From assembly GCA_030704615.1 (NCBI GenBank), contig CM060733.1, forward strand, positions 25,668,001 to 25,732,000: a stretch of 64,000 nucleotides of DNA, in the 5' to 3' direction. Source of the stretch: Takakia lepidozioides. Taxonomy: Eukaryota; Plantae; Bryophyta. The position numbers and the translations under genes were made by a program. Below, piece after piece: positions 51,501 to 62,167 of this stretch. The notes below the pieces were generated by a model. The model was not told the origin of the DNA. It saw only the letters and a program-made list of their open reading frames with translations, and made no database searches. Within the stretch, counting starts at the first letter, position 1, and the number at the start of each line of letters is the position of its first letter.

Positions 51501-51691
51501 AGGTTTGCAAGATCCTGAAGAAAGTGAACCTGACGCTGTTTGTAGGAGGCAAGGCAATACCTTGCAATAATTGGAATCCAGAGGGAGACCTCAATTGTGA
51601 CTCACTAAGGTCTCCAAATGTTGGGCTGGGTGAAGCCTACACTTGCACTTTCTTTTATGATTATTGCAAGGAGTCTTTGCATCAATTATAG
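42525..51691 (+). CDS. Large multi-exon protein with tandem BRCT repeats and C-terminal BAH domain (5' end unresolved)
   Basis: Low-complexity N-terminal exons with conserved-looking islands (AVGLTVTAAEAMVL, SRWYGGW, DPLCSFVPCSIS). BRCT1 LFGGLRFLLTGFS…ENGG…^VRTHKFLYGCAV…PAWI (47860-48309); BRCT2 LFHNIQVFLHGK…^HGGGKVV…^KWVVESL (48468-49560); BAH YGAFSMDGVQYCLGDNI…IARIEGLW…CRWFYRPSDT…ENDLYLSNH…CTFFYD; TAG at 51689-51691. Confidence 0.82.
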
Positions 51692-52779
51692 GTTAATTTC
51701 TTAACTGGTAGACTCTCGTCATTCCTGCACCTGCCCAATTGTCTTGCTTAACCTGGCAAACATGATTCAATGCGTGTACATTTTGCCACTAATAGTGACA
51801 TATTTTGTACCGAAAAAATCTGGTACGATTGTTTTATGGTAGATGTTTCTATGTTCTTGAGCTTTGTGACTCAGAATCCAACTTCAAATGTATGAATTGC
51901 GAAGTAATCCATGTGATTGAGTAAAAATGAATGCTGATTGCAAGTAGTGCAAAGTGCTAGTATGTTTCATAATATACACCTGCTCTGTCATTTCAAGAAA
52001 AGGATATGGAATGATTAGAGTAATTGTCTTCAGTCTGCAACAATGCCTATCATCAAGCTTTTGCACCCTTCCCTTGTTGAACTAGAGAAAGATGCGGAGC
52101 CTCGCAAGCATGTGCGAATTGTGAAGGTATCACTAGCATAAAGGCTAGTGATAGTGAATGTATGCTATGATACCTTCACAATTTGCACACACGGCTTTGC
52201 ATCAATTTCATCGTAAAGAGCCCAGGCTGGCTTTGGGCTTGAAATGCTGACGCTGAGCCGCAAAGTTGTGACGCAGTTGTGCTGCCCGCTGGGGTTCAGA
52301 AGAGGAGAGGAGGAATCCCCGGGAGACAAAGGAAAAAGCTGAACCTCACATCGTGGTTGACAATGGTTTCTCAGGGCTGCCAATACAACGTTGCTGCCGA
52401 CAACTCATGTCTGGGAAAATCCTCGTTTACCGGCTTGCGAGACAACACATCTATCCTTGCACGACAGGATACACCGATTTGTGTGTGTTCTTTGAAATTT
52501 TGAACTTCGAGGAGATCATTGAGTATGCACTGCTCAAGATGTATCTCCCACACTCTGGAATTTCATTCACATCACTGACATTAACAGGTGTTGCCACCCT
52601 AGTCTTCGGCATTTTCTGCACCCCGCGAACTCATGACTATGTGGTCATGAGTTACACACTCACTAAGCCACGTCTTTCTGTAGAGCAGTATGCTCTACTG
52701 ATTGCCGGAATTTTTAAGCTGCTTCTTTTCTTTGTATTTTCTGCAGGTAACTCAGTTCTCCAGGGGTGAGGTTGAGCAA

Positions 52780-53440
52780 ATTCAGCATTCCGTTCAGAAT
52801 GATATTTTGACACAGTATCAGCATCATCCTCTTAAAAGACTTCTGCAAAGCATGCCTTGAAAATGCATATGTATGGGACTGGGCAGCCTGCATCACCCCT
52901 TGCCATATCAATTGTTCAAACCTCCTGCCACCGTGTATATCCAAGGTAAACACAAGTTTGCCAGGCAATTTGTTGACCACCAGGCATGCATCCACAACAC
53001 CACTGCACTTTTTGGCATGCATGCTAATATGTCATGTGGAAAGATGTTAGGTCGGAATACAGTTTTGGACCATGTGGGGGTGCCCTGGTTTTCGATGCTA
53101 GGCCTGTCGCACCCTCTTGCAGACAGGTGTTGAAGTCTCCATTGACAGTATGGCTAGAATAACATAGTGAATTGATCTTGGAAAATTTCCAACGCAGTAT
53201 CCAGCTGCCAAGCCATGGGTGGTCACTGAAACCCCCCCTGGTTCAATATGCACCTGCTGCTGTACTTCGTGTCCTTACAAGTGCCAGAAGAATGCCTATG
53301 ATCCTTGGATATGGCTTAAAACTAGTTGCAAGGAAGGTATCCTCCACACAAACATTGACCTTTGCACCCTCATGATGAAGCAACACTTTTTCATGCACGT
53401 TGTTTGCTTCGCCAGTACCACCCATTATGAGGCAGGTGAG
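52780..53440 (-). pseudogene. Highly degraded PPR remnant
   Basis: MHAKKCSGVVDACLVVNKLPGKLVFT resembles the first S/P repeats of the neighbouring PPR genes. Confidence 0.5.
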
Positions 53441-53877
53441 TACTGGTGAAAGTAGTTGGAATTCCTGTACAGTAATCGCTTGCCTGACGTTTTTGAGATG
53501 AACTTGGTACCTTGGTACGTTGGCAGTCACCACAGACAAGAAAGTCCTTGATGACATAGAGAGGCATCCCAAGGAACCTGCTGATCCGTCCAAAAAGAAT
53601 CACCAGCTTCTAATTTTGGAGGCACAGTGAACTTCCTTTTCCTGCTACACATCATGCAAAACAATGTGCGTATCTGGAACAACCTGCAGCCTCCGTGTGC
53701 GGCGACCAAAAAAATTTAGAACAGCATGGATGTCCTCAATTTGTTGATGCAATTTGTCATCTCGAACAGATGTATGCACCTCATTCCTTTGAAGTACCGT
53801 CCGAGCTGCCAGCTGCAACATAAATTTTGGACAGCAGCAGAAGTAGCGGCGTCCTTTGATTCACTTGACAATGAGTT

Positions 53878-56262
53878 TTACTTGAGGACATATTTTGCAG
53901 CACGTTCTGCAATCTCCACATTCCCATGGATATTGCAGGCACCAAGCAAGGCTCTCCACACCACAGCATCTGGTCCAGCTGGCATTTTGTTAATGAGGTC
54001 CTCTGCCTCGTGTAAATGTCCAGCGCGACCAAGAAGGTCCACCATGCAGCCAAAATGCTCCCATGTAGGAGTGAGGCCATGATCTCGAGTCAAGGAATCC
54101 CAGTAGTGTCTGCCTTCATCCACTAGGCCCCCATGGCTACATGCGGAGAGAACACATACAAAAGTTATACCATTTGGCTTGAACCCTTTCTGTTGCATCT
54201 GTTTAAATAAACCCAAGGCTTTCCTACCACATCCATGCTGGGCATATCCTGCGATCATTGCATTCCATGAGACTACATCTCGCTGAGGCATATTGTCAAA
54301 TACCTGATTTGCATCATGTATGTTCCCACATTTGCAATACATGTCAACCAGGGCGTTCTCCAGAATGGTATCTGGAACAATTCCAGTTTTTATGATGTCA
54401 GCATGAACCTTTTTACCCTTCTCCAGGGCTGCCAGGCTAGCACAAGCATTCAAAATGCAGACGAACGTGACGTGGTCAGGTGTCACCCCTTCCTGCATCA
54501 TTTGCTCGTACATCTCCAAAGCCTCCCTACCACACCCATGATGGGCATACCCGGAGATCATCGCGTTCCATGAGACCACATTTCGTTGACCCATATTGTC
54601 AAACACTCGACTTGCACCATTCATGTTCCCGCATTTGGCATACATGTCCACCAGGGTGGTGTCCAGAATGATATCTGGTACAATTTCAGCTCTCATAATG
54701 TCAACATGGACCTCTTTGCCCTTCTCCAGGGCTGCCAGGCTGGCACAAGCCTTAAGAATGCAAACAAATGTGATATGGTTGGGTGGCATCCTTTCCTGTG
54801 TCATTTGCTGATAGATTTCCAAAGCCTGCGTTCCATACCCATGCTGAGCATAACCTGCAATCATCGTATTCCATGAAACCACATTTCGTTGACCCATATT
54901 GTCAAAAACTTGACGTGCATCCTTTATGTTCCCACATTTAGCATACATGTCTACCAGTGCCGTGTTGAGAATGGTATCTGGTACAATTCCAGCTTTCATG
55001 ATGTCAGCATGAACCTCTGCGCCCTTCTCCAGGGCTGTCATGCTGGCACAAGCCTTGAGAACGCAAACAAATGTGACGTGGTTGGGTGTCACCCTTTCGT
55101 GTATCATTTGCTCATAGGTTTCCAGAGCCTCCCTACCACACCCATGCTGGGCATATCCTGAAATCATCGCATTCCATGAGACCACATCTCGTTCAGCCAT
55201 TTTGTGAAACACTCGATTTGCATCATTTATACTCCCGCATTTGGCATACATGTCAACCAGAGTATTTTCGAGACTGATATCTGGCAGAATTCCAGCTTTG
55301 ATGATGTCAGCATGGATCTCTTTGCCCTTCTCCAAGGCTGCCAGGCTGACACATGCCTTGAGGACACAAAGGAATGTGACCTGGTTGGATGTCATCCCTT
55401 CCCGTATCATTTGCTCATAGGTCTCCAAAGCCTCCCTACCACACCCATGCTGGGCGTATCCTGTGATCATTGCATTCCATGAAACCACATTTCGTTGAGC
55501 CATATTGAGAAACACTCCATTTGCATCATTTATGCTCCCGCATTTGGCATACATATCCACCAGGGCAGTCTCAACAGTGATATCTGGAACAAGTCCAGAT
55601 TTCATGACATCAGCATGGACCTCCTTGCCCTCCTGGAGGGCTGCCAAGCTGGCACAAGCCTTGAGAACACAAACGAAGGTGATGTGATTGGGAATCATCC
55701 CTTCCTGAATCATTTGTTCATAAGTCTCCAAAGCCTGCCTACCACACCCACGCTTGGCATATCCTGCCACCATAATATTCCATGTGGACAAATCTCGTAC
55801 ATGCATTTTGTCAAACACAAGGCGTGCATCTTCAATGCTCCCACACTTGGCATGCATGTTGATGAGGGTGTTGAGTAGAAAGATCTTCGGCTTGAATCCA
55901 TTTTGGATCATGTGGGCATGCACCTGCTTTCCCTCCACTAGGCCTTTCACTTTGATGCACTCCTGCAAAAGACACACATATGTACTGGAGTCTGCCAAGA
56001 TGCCCCCTTGGTTCAAAATTTGCAATGCATCTTTCAATCGTCCTGTCTTACACAGTGTCCTCACATCCCCACAGGTGCCAGAAGAGTTCTTATGGGCTTT
56101 CTTTCTTGGTCCTCTTTCTGAAGTAGTCGAAGCCCCTGATCCAAGCAGCCCTGTGGCCCCTGCTTTCAGTTGACCAGCTACCAGTTTAGGTTTCTTCTCA
56201 GAAACAATCCGCAGTGCCTTGTTGGTACTCTTCTTCTTGTAATCTGTTCCCCTGGGAAGAAT
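53878..56262 (-). CDS. Open PLS-PPR tract of gene B (20 repeats + E1)
   Basis: Part of the 830-aa ORF (whose listed start is a TTG inside an intron). Regular PLS triplets, P2-L2-S2, E1 VWRALLGACNIHG, then a premature stop. Confidence 0.85.
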   Translation of the reverse strand: MLPRGTDYKKKSTNKALRIVSEKKPKLVAGQLKAGATGLLGSGASTTSERGPRKKAHKNSSGTCGDVRTLCKTGRLKDALQILNQGGILADSSTYVCLLQECIKVKGLVEGKQVHAHMIQNGFKPKIFLLNTLINMHAKCGSIEDARLVFDKMHVRDLSTWNIMVAGYAKRGCGRQALETYEQMIQEGMIPNHITFVCVLKACASLAALQEGKEVHADVMKSGLVPDITVETALVDMYAKCGSINDANGVFLNMAQRNVVSWNAMITGYAQHGCGREALETYEQMIREGMTSNQVTFLCVLKACVSLAALEKGKEIHADIIKAGILPDISLENTLVDMYAKCGSINDANRVFHKMAERDVVSWNAMISGYAQHGCGREALETYEQMIHERVTPNHVTFVCVLKACASMTALEKGAEVHADIMKAGIVPDTILNTALVDMYAKCGNIKDARQVFDNMGQRNVVSWNTMIAGYAQHGYGTQALEIYQQMTQERMPPNHITFVCILKACASLAALEKGKEVHVDIMRAEIVPDIILDTTLVDMYAKCGNMNGASRVFDNMGQRNVVSWNAMISGYAHHGCGREALEMYEQMMQEGVTPDHVTFVCILNACASLAALEKGKKVHADIIKTGIVPDTILENALVDMYCKCGNIHDANQVFDNMPQRDVVSWNAMIAGYAQHGCGRKALGLFKQMQQKGFKPNGITFVCVLSACSHGGLVDEGRHYWDSLTRDHGLTPTWEHFGCMVDLLGRAGHLHEAEDLINKMPAGPDAVVWRALLGACNIHGNVEIAERAAKYVLK

Positions 56263-57529
56263 CTGCACCCACACTCCATTCCTACCTGCTTCAACAATGT
56301 ATGCCTCCACGTGAGGAGCTGACGATGGTAACCCATAACTTGAATAGGAATCACCACCACCGCCTACCAAATACTAGCTCCCATGCTGAATTGCTGGAAA
56401 AACTGCAAAAAGGTGGGAGAAAGGAAGAAACAAATTGTGACAAAGGTTTCTTGTTGTTTGCTTCTGATGGCGCATGACGGACTTCACCTTTCTTCCCAGA
56501 GTGTTGAGTGGGGTTTGAAGAATATCCCTTCCGAAGGTTCTCCTCATCTTTATTCTTGCTTTTTGGATACTTTCCTGCAACTCCAGTACCAGTGACATAT
56601 TGAAAAAGTCAGACCACAAGAGATCCACCTGGACATAACTCACCAAGCCCACAATAGTTGGAAAAATGAGAAGAAAAAGCCCAAAAAAGTGTCAATCCAT
56701 GAGTGTGATGGAGGAAACTTAAATCAGCTGAAGGCAAGGAAAATACTTCAAGCAACTTCTGAATCTAGTTTCATGGTATTTACCTTTAGCACCATCCAGC
56801 CTTTCCAATTCGTCCTCCACCCACCAAGGGTTCTTGCTACTGTCGATCCACAGTGCCTGGTTGGTACTCTTGTGCTTGAAATCTGGTCCTCTAGGGTGGA
56901 TCTGCACCCCTGCCTCCTCAGCTATCTGTATCTTCACAACAAAATGCATAGAGTCTGCCCCTCACTACAAATAGCTGACAATGACAACCCCTATTGTCTA
57001 CAACGAGAACACCACTCTTTACAAATACTGGTTCCTATGCTGAATTGGTGGCAAGACTGAAACAAAAGTGTGAGCAGAGAGACAAGAATGTGATTGCCAG
57101 CGTTGGCTTGGGCAATCCCTTTCAGGATGTTTGACTCAGTCTGGAATTTCCATAGCGCAGACGTTCAAATTACCCAGAATTGAGTCTTGATTAATGCACT
57201 AGCATTGTCCAAGCATGATGTTGATCCAGCACTGCTCCACTAAACTGCAACAAGTGCTACACATTTGTTGAATGTAGTTTGAATGCCAGTTTGAATGCTA
57301 GTTAAAAACTTCGCAAGAAATTTTTTGACACTGTTGCTCTGCTTCTACCGTAAGACAACAGACATTCACCTTATTGCCTCGATTGTCCCACCAGTTGGTA
57401 GGGTCTGCAAAATATTCGTTCCAAAGCTTCTCCACGTCTGTAATTTGGTGTTTTGGAGGTTTGCGTTTGTGGCCACCTTGCTCAATCCCTTCTCCATAAG
57501 CTGCGCCCTCCTCTATTGGTCTCCACCGC

Positions 57530-57773
57530 TTACTCGTACTAATTCTCCACTTTTCGTTCCTGCGTAAGAGGTGCGAAGCGCAGAAATGTAAGATTAATAA
57601 TTTTTTTCATCGGTCAGGGGGGGTTCGGAGACCTGCCCCACCAACTCCCTAAAGGGTCAGGGACAAGGAGCCCCAGGGCTCTCCGGAGAGAACCTCTTAA
57701 CAAGAGATTGTTGCGATCTGGTTCTAAGGAAAGTGAATAATTTTTTTTATCATATCATATACAACATATAAAT
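57530..57773. other. 244-bp insertion in exon 1 of gene B
   Basis: Flanks align contiguously with gene A exon 1 (63900-63990). CCGC is present on both sides of the insert. Confidence 0.75.
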
Positions 57774-58319
57774 CCGCCCCCCAATCGACCTGAAACTATC
57801 TGAAGCAAATCTCAATGTGAGAAATTGCACGGGGTCCCATACAGGGTGGACGTGATAAATCTTTTCGAAACTCTCTGGACAGGGTCAGGCTTGCAAGCAG
57901 CGTAGTCTCGCAGGGGCTTGTGAGTGCAGCCCGTGACGCTTGGAGCACTTGTGGAGGGTGCTGAGCTTACGATACGCCCTGCCATGCCTCTCCTTCTCCA
58001 AGGCTTTTATTGAAAGCAAATCAGCATTTAAAACACTCCCCTGGTTTGTCAGGTGTCTTGTCTCAGGTGAGAGGTAGGGTACTAAGAGCTCCACAAAGAA
58101 TCCTCACACCTAGAGAATCCTACGTATGACACGATGCAAAACATCCCACCCTGCACTTGGACTTCTTGATTCTGTATTTTCGCTTTTAATCGGATCCTCC
58201 TTCTGGCTCAACAGGCAAGTCTCTTCCTCATGGAAGAAGAGTCGGGAGTTCCTTTCAAGATCCAAACTTGCAGCTGTGCAACATGTCAGGTTGCTTTGAA
58301 GATATTTGGTGTTTAGGCC

Positions 58320-58790
58320 GTGCACATGTTTTCCTTCAGCTGGGCCTTGCGTCTTGATGCACTTTTGGCAAAGCCTAACGAAAACGAAATGCCTTCTTGC
58401 TTGAGAAGAATGTGCTGCCCTTACATAGTCTCCTTACATCCCCACAACTGAGAGAGGAATTCTTTTGAACCTTGGGTTTGTTTCAAACTGGAGAGGGTCA
58501 ACAACAGCCCTTGGTAAAGCCTATAAAAGGCTCCAGAGCTCTCAAGGATTTGTAGCATTCCTGTGACATCACCATTACAATGTTTTTTGTTAAATTTGTC
58601 AACAGCTCCTGTGTGTTTCCCAGCAATCTTTGGGATAAACTTTGTGGTGTCTGGCAGTCACCTCGCACGCATGAAGGTCCATGCTGACACACACCAGGCG
58701 TCCCAGGGGACGTGCTGGTGAGCACAGATGCAATGGCCAGCTTCTCATGCAATGGTCAGAATTAGGATTTTTCCTACTTTGGGCCCCAAT
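58320..58790 (-). pseudogene. Degenerate DYW-domain copy plus PPR N-terminal remnant between genes A and B
   Basis: HEKLAIASVLTSTSPGTP…GDCQT..KFIPKI (~58610-58760) and KNSSLSCGDVRRLCK…CQKCIKTQGPAEGKHVH (~58320-58470). Confidence 0.75.
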
Positions 58791-59073
58791 CATACTCTTT
58801 TGAATTGCTGTGAGTTCCAGCTGCTCCACAATTCTATTATGCTATGTAACTGCTCGCACAAAACCTGTCCACTACCCTCAGTTGCTGCTCCAATCTTCAT
58901 TGAACTGTCCTCGTTACTATGGGCTACAGACAGAAATAACTGAGTAACTGCAGTGCTAATCGTCGCACCAAATAACACAAAATGCTTAACAATTCCATTC
59001 ATACAAATAAGCACAAACTATCACCCGATGTGTACAGCACCACTTTGAGCATCTTTAATGCATGTAGCTTGTT

Positions 59074-62000
59074 TCACCAGTAATCCCCACAAGAACATGC
59101 CCCTTCTTGGAAATGGTGAAAGCGGTTGGCATCCCGTACAATAATCGCTCGTTTGACAATCTTTGAGATGAACTTTGTGGCTGTGTGGCAGTCACCACAT
59201 ACACGAAGGTTCTTGATGACACGGAGAGGCATCCCAGGCGATGTGCTGATCAGCCCAAAAGCAATGGCCAGCTTCTCACTGTGGTTGCAGAGAGAAAATT
59301 CCTTTTGCACCTCCACATCATGAAAAACAAAGCGGGTGTCAGGCAAGTACCCTGCCTCCTTCATCTGCCCAGACAATCTTTTTAGCTCAGCATGGATCTC
59401 CTCAATTTGCGGATGCAATTTGTCGTCTACGACGAATGTATGCACCTTGTTCCCCACCTCAATGCAACTGCAACCTGGCTCCTTCCTCACACCTCTGACC
59501 TCCATCATTTTTCTCAATTTTGCAGTATCATCCCACCTGCCGGCCGCAGCATATATATTGGACAACAACACATAAGTTGCAGCATCCTGTTGATCCCACT
59601 TGAGAATGCATTTTGCCGCACGTTCTGCCACCTCCACGTTGCCATGAATGCTGCAGGCACCAAGCAAGGCCCTCCATACGACAGCATCTGTTTGGGTTGG
59701 CATTAGATTAATCAAGTCCTCTGCCTCACCTAAGTGCCCTGCACGGCCGAGAAGGTCCACCATGCAGCCCAAATGTTCCCCAGTCGGAGTGAGGCCATGA
59801 TCTTGAGTCAGGGAATCCCAGTAGTGTCTGCCTTCATCCACTAGGCCCACATGGCTACATGCAGAGAGAAGACATACAAAAGTTATACCGTTTGGCTTGA
59901 AACCTTCCTGTTCCATTTGTTTAAATAGATCGAGGGCTTTACTACCAGAAGCATGCTGGGCATATCCTGCAATCATTGCATTCCAAGAGACCACATCCCG
60001 CTGAGCCATACTGGCAAACACCCGCTCTGCATCACTTATGCTCCCGCACTTGGCATACATGTTGACCAGGGCAGTGTCAAGGATAATATTTGATACAATT
60101 CCAGCTTTCATGATGTCAGCATGGACCTCTTTGCCCTTCTCCAGGGCTGCCAGGCTGGCACAAGCCTTGAGAATGCACACGAATGTGATTTGGTTTGGTC
60201 CCATCCTTTCCCGTATCATTTGCTCATAGGTTTCCAGAGCCTCCCTACCACACCCATGCTGGGCATATCCTGCAATCATGGCATTCCATGAGACCACATT
60301 TCGTTGAGCCATATTGTCAAACACCTGATTTGCATCCTGTATGCTCCTGCATTTGGCATACATGTCAACCAGGCTATTCTCCAGGATGGTGTCTGGCACA
60401 ATCCCAGCTTTCATGATGTCAGCGTGGACCTCTTTGCCCTTCTCCAGGGCTGCCAGGCTTGCACAAGCATTGACAGCGCAGACATATGTGACCTGGTCAG
60501 GTGTCACCCCTTCCTGCTTCATGTACTCATATGTCTCCAAAGCCTCCCTGCCACAGCCAATCTGGGCATATCCTGCGACCATTGCATTCCATGTGACTAC
60601 ATCTCGTTGAGCCATATTGCCAAACACCCTACTTGCATCATTTATGCTCCTGCATTTGCAATACATGTCAATCAGGGTATTGTTCAGGCTGATATCTGGG
60701 ACAATTCCAGCTTTCAGGATGTGCGCATGGACCTCTTTGCCCTTCTCCAAGGCTGCCAGGCTGGCACAAGCCTTCAGAACACAGATGAAAGTAACCTCAT
60801 TGGGTATCACCCTTTCCCATATCATTTGCTGATAGGTCTCCAAAGCCTCCCTACCACAGCCACTCTGGGCATACCCTGTGATCATTGCGTTCCACGAGAC
60901 CACATTTCGTTGGGCCATATTGTCAAACACCCGAATTGCATCATTTATGCTGCCACATTTGCAGTACATGTCCACCAGGGCAGTTTCCACAATGATATCT
61001 GGCACAATGCCAGCTTCGATGATGTCACCATGGACCTCCTTGCCCTTCTCCAGGGCAGCCAAGCTGGCACAAGCCTTGAGAACGCAAACAAATGTGACTT
61101 GGTTGGGTTTCACCCTGCTCCCTATCATTTGCTCATATGTCTCCAAAGCTTCCCTACCACATCCGTGCTGGGCATATCCTGCGATCATTGCACTCCATGA
61201 CACCACATCTCTTTGAGACATATTGCAAAACACATGATCTGCATCGAATATGCTCCCACATTTGGCATACATGTCGACCAGGGCGGTGTCCAGAATGATA
61301 TCTGGCAGAACTCCGGCTTTCATGATGTCAGCATGAACCCTCTTGCCCTTCTCAAGGTCTGCCAGGCTCGCACATGCCTTGAGAATGCAAACGAACGTGA
61401 CCTGATTGGGTGTCACCCCCTCCCAAATCATTTGGTCATAAGTCTCTAAAGCCTCCCTACCACACCCACACTTGGTATATCCTGCCACCATTATATTCCA
61501 TGTATACATATCTCGTACATGCATTTGGTCAAACACTAGGCGCGCATCGGTGACACTCCCACACTTGGCATGCATGTTGATGAGGCAGTTCAGTAGCAAT
61601 ATGTTTGGCTTGAATCCACTTTGGATCATGTGGGTGTGCACCTGCTTTCCCTCTGCTAGGCCTTTCATCTTGATGCACTCCTGCAAGAGACAGACATACG
61701 TACTGGAATCTACTGAAATTCCCCGTTGCTTCAGCATGTGCAAGGCATCTTTCAGTCGTCCTGCCTTACATAGTTTCCTCACATACCCACAAGTGCCAGA
61801 AGAGTTCTTGTTGACCTCCTCCCTTGGTTGTCTTTCACAAACAGTTGTCACAATGGAAGAGCCACATTCAAACGACTGTGCTGCCCCTGCTTCGAGTTGA
61901 CCATCTACCCATATATGTTTCTTGTAGCCACCAATCCACAGTATTCCCTTGGTACTCTTGTGCTTCAAATCTGGTACTCTAGCATGGCTTTGCACCCACA

Positions 62001-62163
62001 CTCTGTCCCTACCTTCTTCAGTGATTGATGCCTCGACAATCAAAAATATATAATTGTCCACCTCACTGCAAGGAGCTGACAGTAGTAATAGCGAGGGAGA
62101 AAGCGAGGATGAAAATTTGTGACAAAGTTCTCCATGCATCTTGTTTTGTGCTGCTGGAGGCAT
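59074..62163 (-). CDS. Gene A main ORF: half PDF-PLS PPR(20)-E1-E2-DYW, C-to-U RNA editing factor type
   Basis: 1029-aa ORF with PG box KEPGCSCIEV, HSEKLAIAFGL, KNLRVCGDCH and RFHHFQEGACSCGDYW. N-terminal SHARVPDLKHKSTKGILWIGGYKKHIWVDGQL is the second half of a PDF motif. Confidence 0.93.
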   Translation of the reverse strand: MPPAAQNKMHGELCHKFSSSLSPSLLLLSAPCSEVDNYIFLIVEASITEEGRDRVWVQSHARVPDLKHKSTKGILWIGGYKKHIWVDGQLEAGAAQSFECGSSIVTTVCERQPREEVNKNSSGTCGYVRKLCKAGRLKDALHMLKQRGISVDSSTYVCLLQECIKMKGLAEGKQVHTHMIQSGFKPNILLLNCLINMHAKCGSVTDARLVFDQMHVRDMYTWNIMVAGYTKCGCGREALETYDQMIWEGVTPNQVTFVCILKACASLADLEKGKRVHADIMKAGVLPDIILDTALVDMYAKCGSIFDADHVFCNMSQRDVVSWSAMIAGYAQHGCGREALETYEQMIGSRVKPNQVTFVCVLKACASLAALEKGKEVHGDIIEAGIVPDIIVETALVDMYCKCGSINDAIRVFDNMAQRNVVSWNAMITGYAQSGCGREALETYQQMIWERVIPNEVTFICVLKACASLAALEKGKEVHAHILKAGIVPDISLNNTLIDMYCKCRSINDASRVFGNMAQRDVVTWNAMVAGYAQIGCGREALETYEYMKQEGVTPDQVTYVCAVNACASLAALEKGKEVHADIMKAGIVPDTILENSLVDMYAKCRSIQDANQVFDNMAQRNVVSWNAMIAGYAQHGCGREALETYEQMIRERMGPNQITFVCILKACASLAALEKGKEVHADIMKAGIVSNIILDTALVNMYAKCGSISDAERVFASMAQRDVVSWNAMIAGYAQHASGSKALDLFKQMEQEGFKPNGITFVCLLSACSHVGLVDEGRHYWDSLTQDHGLTPTGEHLGCMVDLLGRAGHLGEAEDLINLMPTQTDAVVWRALLGACSIHGNVEVAERAAKCILKWDQQDAATYVLLSNIYAAAGRWDDTAKLRKMMEVRGVRKEPGCSCIEVGNKVHTFVVDDKLHPQIEEIHAELKRLSGQMKEAGYLPDTRFVFHDVEVQKEFSLCNHSEKLAIAFGLISTSPGMPLRVIKNLRVCGDCHTATKFISKIVKRAIIVRDANRFHHFQEGACSCGDYW

Positions 62164-62167
62164 TCAC

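Larger units (their letters stand above)
53445..57985 (-). pseudogene. Gene B: transit peptide-PDF(2)-PLS PPR(20)-E-DYW pseudogene
   Basis: Exon 1 57370-~57985 (frameshift plus 244-bp insertion; ends DVEKLWNEYFADPTNWWDNRGNK); exon 2 56784-56901 (IHPRGPDFKHKSTNQALWIDSSKNPWWVEDELERLDGAK); exon 3 56488-56574 (out of phase relative to gene A); exon 4 from 56262 with an open PPR tract to the stop at 53878. Decayed E2/DYW 53445-53877 (…GMPLYVIKDFLVCGDC). Confidence 0.85.

Noticed and set aside
56263-56370. Listed N-terminus MVGGGGDSY… of the 830-aa ORF and the recurring 'RVWVQ' peptide
   Set aside because: Starts at a TTG inside an intron; 'VWVQ' is the translated acceptor GTGTGGGTGCAG.
56784-57438. 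PDF exons as a separate stand-alone OSB gene
   Set aside because: No SSB/OB-domain exons are present; in A and B the last half-motif is in the same exon and frame as the PPR tract, and gene D splices in frame throughout.
59074-59480. Possible U-to-C (DYW:KP/GRP/DRH-type) editing domain
   Set aside because: Canonical PG box, HSEKLA and CSCGDYW ending indicate the C-to-U type.
54316-61900. Repeated antisense ORFs (MLPHLAYMSTR…, MTHIVKH…) at 303-bp spacing, also at 28.3-29.4 kb and 37.9-39.3 kb
   Set aside because: Shadow frames of the PLS-PPR triplets on the opposite strand, not independent genes.
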